Shown here: in pieces, positions 55,636-64,000 of the stretch
How positions within the stretch are numbered: the stretch's first letter is position 1
How the letters are laid out: every line of letters starts with the position of its first letter
Origin: the human T2T-CHM13v2.0 reference genome, Homo sapiens
Direction: 5' to 3' (one strand)
Assembly (NCBI RefSeq): GCF_009914755.1
Contig: NC_060930.1
Length of the DNA: 64,000 nucleotides
Program-made: the position numbers and the translations under genes
The notes under the pieces: model-generated
Seen by the model: the letters and a program-made list of their open reading frames with translations, nothing else
Told to the model about the DNA's origin: nothing
Database searches by the model: none

Positions 55636-56334
55636 AGAAATCCATGGCCTGAATTCAGTGCATAGCCTGGCTCCTACCAGCCTTTCTCAATGGGGGTCTG
55701 TAAGAGAATACAACTCTTTTATTGAAAGTGACTTGACTTTTTCTCAATTCTCCCAAGAATTGTACACAGTACACAGTATGTTTGTACACAGTACACAGTA
55801 TGTATGTACACTGTACATGTCATCCATAGAGAGGAAGTAAGGTATACAATGGATGCCAAAGCATTGGGGTTTTTATTTTCTACCCACACTGAGACACTGC
55901 AAAAATGTATTCAAGATAACTAAATTTAGTCAAGTCTTTAAAGAAAGGCTCTGATAGTAAACTAAACATACTCTGCCTCAGAACCTAGAACCTACCTTTT
56001 ACCACACAAGTTAGTGCTTTCAAAATGTAGCATCAGAACAAGAAACATGATGTATTAATACTGTGCCTCTGGCATGGTCTTACAAATTAATGGGGTACTT
56101 GGGACCACTACTTTCACCATTTTTATATACATCACAGTAATGTCCTGAATCCTCTGTGCCTTTCTTTTTTAAAAAGTAGAAAGCAAGACTTCATTTTTAT
56201 TCTAACTCACAAACCTAGCAAATCCTAACAAGATAATACACTCAACCTCTAAGAAGAGATCTAATATTAGGATTCGGTAATGAGGTCACATTGTTACAAA
56301 CTACAGTAACTGAAAACTTTAAAGCTCCCTGAGA

Positions 56335-57801
56335 CCTGAGTAGAAAAAAAAAAGGGTCGGGGGGGGATCATGGCAGACGGGAGGCAGGACTAGACTGCAG
56401 CTCCCACTCTGACAGAGCACCGTGTGGAGTCTTGCATTGTAAACTCTTGCTCCAGAATGACGGCAGGAATAAATCAGGAAAGCCAAGAGAACCCACAGAC
56501 CTTCTGAAGGAAGCAGATTGCTCCTGCAGGGCCCAGGATATACCCCAAATACTGTGCTGGTATCCATGACTGAGAGACCCACAGACGGTTCACATCACAG
56601 GTCTCTGTGTAGACAACCCCCAGTACCAGCCCAAAGCCTGGTAGACCTGCTGAGTGGCTAGATCCAGAAGAGAGACAACAATCACTATAGCTTGGCTCTC
56701 AGGAAGCCATATCCCTAGGAAAAGGGGGAGAATATCATCAAGGGAACACCCCGTGGGACAAAATAATCTGAACAACAGCCTTGAGTCCTAGACCTTCTCT
56801 CTGACAGACCCTACCCAAATGAGAAGAACCAGAAACCTAACACTGGTAATATGACAAAACATGGTTCTTTAACACCCCCCCCAAAAAATCACAGTAGCTC
56901 ACCAACAATGGATCCAAACCAAGAAGAAATCCCTGATTTACCTGAAAAAGAATTCAGAAGGCCAGTTATTAAGCTAATCAAGGAAGCACCAGAGAAAGGC
57001 AAAGCCCAATTTATGGAAATTTAAATAAACAATAAATGAAGGGAGAAATCTTCAGTGACATAGACAACATAAATAAGAAACGAAACTTCAGGAAACAATG
57101 GACACATTTATAGAAATGCAAAATCCTCTGGAAAGTCTCAGCAATAAAATTGAACAAGCAGATCTTCAGAGCTCGAAGACAAGGTTTTCTAATTAACCCA
57201 ATCCAACAAAGGCAAATAAAAAAGAATAAGAAAATATGAACAAAGCCCCCAAGAGGTCTGGGATTATGTTAAATTACCAAACCTAAGAATAGTCAGCGTT
57301 CCTGAGGAAGAAGAGAAATCTAAACGTTTGGAAAACATATTTGGGGGAATAATCTAAGAAAACTCTCCCAGCCTTGCTAGAGACCTAGACAATCAAATAC
57401 AAGACATTCAAAGAACACCTGGGAAATTCATCACAAAAAGATCATCGCCTAGGCACACTGTCATCAGGTTATCTAAAGTTAATATGAAGGAAGGAATCTT
57501 ATGAGCTGTGAGGCAGAAGCACCAGGTAACCTTATAAAGGAAAACCTATCACATTAACAGCAGATTTCTCAGCAGAAACTCTACAAGCTAGAAGGGATTG
57601 GAGCCCTATCTTCAGCCTCCTTAAACAAAACAATTATCAGCCAAGAATTTAGTATCCAGCAAAACTAAGCTTCATAAATGAAGGGATGGTACAGTCTTTT
57701 TAGGCAAACAAATGCTCAGAACACGCCACTACCAAGCCAGCACTACAAAAACTGCTAAAAAGAGCTCTAAATCTTGAAACAAATCCTGGAAACACATCAA
57801 G
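56335..57801 (+). mobile_element. L1PB 5'UTR (internally shortened) plus disrupted ORF1, with no ORF2 or tail
   Basis: Starts ggggatcatggcagacgggaggcaggactag; ORF1 ATG at 56819; ends ctaaatcttgaaacaaatcctggaaacacatcaa. TSD taaagctccctgaga at 56320-56334 and 57802-57816. Confidence 0.9.
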
Positions 57802-58074
57802 TAAAGCTCCCTGAGATCTTATCAAAATAATCAGCATGAAATTATGCTTGTTAAGGGAATGAAGCAAAGCACATTACCAGATTTGCTATTTTTATTTGAT
57901 GTGTTTTCTTCCCCAGGTTGAATGAGCAACACTAAAAATGTAACAGCTCATTAGTTCATTGTTACCTATAAATCATTTATACACAAATATTTGAGTTTCT
58001 CCTATCTACTAGGATCTGGGCTAGGCACTGGATGTTAATGAAGTTTACAGTTCTTCAAAACTCATTGCATTTTA

Positions 58075-58458
<384 letters not shown>

Positions 58459-61400
58459 TTAAATATTATGTTATTCATTCACTAAGCAAATATTTATAGA
58501 TCACCCACCATATATTAGATATTTTATGAGGCTCTAGAGATTAAAAAAAGAAAAACATTTTGATATGATTGCACTTGCCCTCAATGATGAGCTTACAGTA
58601 TGGTTGGGAAGAAAGAAAAATAGTTGCAATAATTATGCAGCTATAACTGTAGGAAGACAGGGAAGGAGCATCTAAAGGGGTGGGAGGGCACTAGATATAA
58701 AGAAGGAAGCTGAGCTTGAGCTGAGACTTAAAGGACCTAGACAAGGTTATTACAAGAGGTAAACTATGAGGGGGAAAGCCAAAATAACAGACTTAATTAC
58801 TTTTAAAACCCCTACAGAATGTGCATTTGGAAACTGATGAAATAAGACCTAAAAATGTAAGCAGAGACCAAACAACATGTCTCAAATTAGGCACTTTTCA
58901 TTCTGATAATCAGAATCACTGAAAAAATACTAACATGTTACAGAAAAATTACTCAGATTTACATGTGGTGAACTGTCAAGGTGGGGTCAAACAGGACACA
59001 GGCAAACCAGTTGGGAAGTTATTTCAATAAACCAACTGAAAGACAGAGAGGATAGAATTAAGCCAGGGAAACACATAAAAGGATGGATTTAGGAGATCAG
59101 TATACTTGGAAGACAGAATCAATGTGGAATAGGATTTAAAGAAGGAGAAAGGAGCAGGACACTCAAATTTCTGGCTTAGGAAATGTTGAAGAGTGGAGGA
59201 GTCTATATGTATAGAGGGCATCAGGAAGAGGAATGATAATTCTGTTTTGGAAAACTTTAATTATGGGCTATCAAGTGGGGCATATGGTTTTGGATTTCCT
59301 ATCAGAGGTCTGGGCTGGAAATCCAGAATTTCATGTTATCACTTCATCATAGTTAAAACCATGGATGAACATAATATTGTCTAAGTCAAATATACATAAG
59401 CCCATGGACCCTCTTCCTAAGAAAACAGACATACATACATATAAACAACATTTTGTACTCCATTTCAAAAGCTGCATGAATGCCCATTCATGCACTCCAC
59501 CCCTAAAGGCCTCTTGGAAGTAGACAGTAGAGAGTTAAGAACAGAGTTCTAAGAAAGTGATCCACAAATCAGTTGTCATATGGAAAAGTGATATGACAAC
59601 AGAAAAGAAAGTTTCAAATGACATGATACAGTCCACTGTACTCAGCCACTCTGCGGTCCTAGATGACTAGCACACCTAGTTTCCAAAAATGGTAGAAGCT
59701 AAATCTCAGTGAGTTGAAGGATAAACGCAAAGGGAGAAAATAGGGAAAAAACAAACAAACAAACAAAAAACCCTACAAATGGGTACATGCTATTCTTTCA
59801 AGAAAATGAGAAAGAAAAGGAGAAAAAGTAGGAAATACTGAAATAATGTGGTTTAAGAGTTTCTGAAAATAAAGGATAGAGTTGATCATGATTTTATCAT
59901 AATCAGGGGAGAGCAAAGAGAGAAGGAAAAGTTGAGCAATCAGGAGAAAGACTGTGACTGATGGAGTAGGGTCTCTGAGAATGCAGGCGAGAATGACAAC
60001 AAAAGCATAGGTCTAGAGAGACTTGGATAGATGAAGGAGTACGGAAGGAAGGATGAGTGGAAGTGCATATGGTTATAACATGGTTAAGCAGAGGGTGAAT
60101 GAGGAGAGAAAAACATGGTAAAAGGGAGTTCCACCAAAATGACTCTGATTTTATTTGAGATATGCTAAGACTGTTCAAACAGGTGATGAGGTGGGATTTT
60201 TTCTAACACAGAGGCAAAAGTCTGAACTTACCACCCACAATAATAGAAGAAATATTTTTCAGGTAGCAATGAATGCTCAGCTCATACTGCAAACAATTTA
60301 AGGTGGCAATAATCTGGCATAGGAACAAAGGTTGGTGTGAACCAGGGTTAAGGTTTTGTAACACAGAGGCAGTGGGACAATGAAGCCTAAATGATAAGGG
60401 TTATTAAGTGCTTAACTTTAGGCCTAGATGAAAGGAAAAGATGTTCAACTAGGAGGTCTTAAAGATGAATCATAACATTCATAGTTAAAATTTCTGGTAA
60501 GATCACAGTGAATAAGGATTAAGAAAAACTGGCCTACATATCAATTTTTACCTTACTAATTTTTACTCCACATTTAATATGGTCCACTAAATGACAAATA
60601 TATAAATGAAAAATTCTGTTAATAATAAATATTTAATGCCCCAGAACAAATATAATTTCTAAAGGATTGAAACCCTAAAAGCCTACTTCTGTTCGTCAGA
60701 AGTACTGGCTGTGGCTATCTGAACAAATCTTTAAATTGTTAATTAAACATACGTACAGGTAAAAAGAAAGTCTTAAAAATGTAACTGTCCTTTTTTACAT
60801 TCCAAATAAGGAGAAAACTAAACTGATGGTAGCATATTTCCTTTTGCAAGATGATATTAACCAATAATCAGTGAGCTAGAATTCCAGTACACACTATTCT
60901 GAAGTACTACATTTAAAATTGTAATGTTTATTCTTCTTAAACCAAACCTGTGTTTCTAAACTCTAAAGATGGTCTGACTGCTTGATAGCAACTTTAGGAA
61001 AAGATAGTTACTGTATTTTTTCGTTATAAAAATATGAAAAGATCTCCAAAACAGCCAAACTATATTTCCTAATAAGTTTAAAGTCAGCACTTAGTTACTG
61101 GCAATTATGGATACTAGGGAATTATTAAAGGGACAAAAATAGTCAAAGTGATATACTGCAGATTAAGGGATAAAAACACTGACATGAAGGAGTAGGTTGT
61201 AAATGGAGTAAAATTAGAATTTAAGATTTCAGTACTTAAAATAGAATCTTGTACCCACAAACCACACCTTGAAAAATGAACAGTGAATAAATATTAAACA
61301 GTGAATAAGAATATTTATATTTTATTGTGCCTTTTTTAAAAATTGAGTTGTGATATTGTTAACATTAGCAAGATCAGAACTCAGAAAATAACCATCGTCG

Positions 61401-62621
61401 ACACATATTTATAATCCTCCATTATGCGATTTCAAAAGGGGGTGATTTTTTCATGATAAATCCTAAAGATAATTTAATTTCTTACTTGTATTAAACCTTA
61501 TTACCATCAATTGGTTCATACAGCAGAGTCTAGGCACATTTAACTTTCTTGAATCTACCAAACACTGTAGGCCAAAAAAAGGAAGGCAGAGACAGACAAA
61601 AACAATAATTACTAGAGATTCTGCTTACCATTTCAGGTATTGAATATCTGCTCCAGAGTGAATGGGGGATGGGCAACAAGAATCTTGCTCTTTTAGTCTG
61701 TTTCAATCACCACATGCATCTCAAAATGTGAGCATCTTGCTGCATTGCATGATTCTAGTTTTTAACACTTTTTCTCTTTTTTTAAAAAACATACAAGGTG
61801 GTGACCAAACACAGAGCAACTTTTTCACTGGGAGTTCATCTAAAGAAACTGTGATACATTCCAAGTCAGGATGAAAAACATGGCTGTGTAGGACATGCTG
61901 AGAGACAGCATGTTATGCCAACTTGATGTCCTTTTAAGGGATTCTCAAAGGTAATCTTAGCTATTCACAGTTTCCACCTAACAAGTTCACTTTAGATGCT
62001 AACTCATTCTTAAGCAAGAAGCAATTGCTCCTGAATAGTTCTCAATCAAGTTAGGAAACACATCTGAAGCATGCAGAACAGAGAAAGCATGACAAAAATA
62101 ATAAAACACATAAACACTTTTCACACAATACAAAATATATAATGGTTAAAAACAACCAAATTTCTATGGGGCTCTTATTCTCTAACTTATCCTCTAACTA
62201 GGTTTCCCATTCAAAGGTGGGGGAAAAAAATCCTGGACAGGCTCATAACTATAAAGCAGATTAGTCTTTATATTCAGAATATTCCCCCCCAAAGTTGTGT
62301 TAATTTTACTTTTAGCACAGGGTAAGGAAGGCTTTTCCTTTAAATGTCCTTGGGAAAACAAATAAAAAAAAATATTTTAACACCAGATAAGGACAAGCAT
62401 AGTCAGAAAGAAAATTCCAGAATATCCCACAAAGATGAAACGAGCACAAGAAAACGTGGAACAGACCCAGCACATATTAGGCAGTATGTATTATAACTCT
62501 TCCCACGAAAGTCCAGTGGAAAAGGGCCTAGCACAGATTATGTCTGAAAGACAAAATTCTCATTCCACCCTAATCCATGAGCCTCTGGGAGGCAGACTGA
62601 AGGAATTTACGCCTGCCCTCT

Positions 62622-63400
62622 TGTGAGAGTGGAAAAAACTCAAACCGTTTTTCCTCTGCTCTCACACGACAACCATCAACACAGAAGATGTCTGTGACAA
62701 AATGTGTATGAGTTTCTCCCCATGCACCAAGCAAACAATCACTTCTGCAGCAGACATCAGATGAGTGTTCTCCAATTCATTTCTGACACTATCTAGAGAT
62801 ACTGTCATATCCCACAGATTGAAGGCCCAATCCCACAAGACTGCCCACCACTTCTGATGCCAATTACAAGCTCCAGGCTTTTTTATCTGTACTTCTGACT
62901 GACCAGCTATAAATTGGGGATTACATGACCCCCCTCCTTGGGTTCGGTTAATTTGCTAGAGTGGTTCACAGAACTCAGGGAAACACGTTTACCAATTTAT
63001 TATAAAGGATATTACAAAGGATACAGATGAACAGATACATAGGATAGGGTAATTTATAAGGGAAGGGAATTTCCATGCAGAACTTCCAAGTACTTCCTGG
63101 GCACACCACCTCAAGGAATCTCCACATGTTCAGCTTTCAGAAGCTTTATGAACCCTGTCATTTTGAGTTTTTATGGAGGCTTCACTACATAGGCATAATT
63201 GATTAAACCCTTTGGCCACTGGTGATCAACTTAATCTTCAGCCCCTCTCTCACCTCCCTAAGCAGTTAGGGGGTGGGGATGAAAGTCCCAACCTTCTAAT
63301 AATTCCTTGACCTTTCTGGTAACCAGCCCCCATCCTGAAGCTACTAGGAGCAGCCAGCTAGCTAAGACAAAATTCTTAGTCAATTCATTAGCATACAAAA
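62622..63400. mobile_element. MER21-like ERV LTR
   Basis: ttttcctctgctctcacac...cccacaagactgcccaccacttctgatgccaat...tttgctagagtggttcacagaactcaggga...ttataaaggatattacaaaggatacagatgaa. Confidence 0.75.
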
Positions 63401-64000
63401 AGGCAAAATGGGGCCCGTAATCCCAGCACTTTGGGAGGCCGATGCAGGAGGACTGCTTGAGCCTAGGGGTTCCAGAGATACACAGGAGATCAATCAGACC
63501 AAAGTGAAGACTGGAAAGAAACTGATTTCTACCTCAAAAGAAAAAGCTTTTTATTTATTTATTTTTTTTGAGGTAGAAACTGAGGTAGAACTGTGAACTT
63601 TATATTTAAACAAGCTTTGAAAAAGAAAAACTTACTCTTCTGAAATGGCAAACCACTGGTACATATACTACTTTTTGATCAAAGGCAATATCAAATCATG
63701 CTGTTAAAGCAAGATCATCTGTTCCCCTTTCAATGCCAATTACATATATACATTGACAATAACTTTTTCTTTTAAAAGCTTTGTTTTGGTTAACTACAGA
63801 TCCATGGCATGAGAAAGAACCCTAGTCAAGATTCTGTCTTAAAAGGAGGCTGCTGGATTATAGAAAGTTCATGAGCACAGAGACTGTCTCTCTCTTGCTC
63901 TCCTAGGCCTAGCCCAGCGTTTGACACATAGGAAGACTTGAATGAATGAATGACAAAAAACTGTTAAGCAGGGATCAAGAAAGCTGAACCATGAAAAATT

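Noticed and set aside
55761-55818. Short tgtacacagtacacagta tandem repeat
   Set aside because: Ordinary low-complexity slippage repeat.
56819-57790. Intact or domesticated L1 ORF1 gene
   Set aside because: Frameshifts and stops; no long plus-strand ORF is called there.
61629-61839. Possible 211-nt 5'UTR cassette exon (cagtttctttag| ... ATG|gtaagc)
   Set aside because: Splice-like pairs of this strength are common in long introns, and there is no further support.

Overview
Primate (almost certainly human, chr6q16) genomic DNA. It covers the 5' part of ASCC3, the Ski2-like tandem-cassette helicase of the ASCC/RQT complexes, on the minus strand. Three constitutive coding exons are present: 51796-51885 (with the ATG), 47952-48102 and 32035-32594. 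Together they give 801 nt (aa 1-267) with canonical GT-AG junctions. An alternative last exon (CDS 42996-43090) yields the 111-aa short isoform, whose RNA is known to be UV-induced and to act as a non-coding RNA. Exon 1/promoter and exon 5 onward are not visible here. The rest is intronic and rich in transposon relics (L1, Alu, LTR12C, MLT2A, MLT1, MER21, MER30/33/44/20/5A, Charlie, L2, MIR), plus a truncated U2 snRNA copy. Most ORFs in the supplied track are spurious or repeat-derived. No wholly new gene system was found. The most interesting observations are: (1) the short-isoform terminal exon and its likely poly(A) site are built from a sense-oriented ancient L1; (2) a spliced, 3'-truncated L1PB copy with a TSD; (3) an Alu plus unique flank apparently copied from the rDNA intergenic spacer; (4) a same-sense LTR12C that could drive N-terminally truncated ASCC3; (5) a recursive-splice-like AG|GT site; (6) two candidate cryptic exons in intron 3; (7) a twin-primed L1MA inversion. 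Repeat subfamily calls come from remembered consensus sequences, not from a RepeatMasker run.
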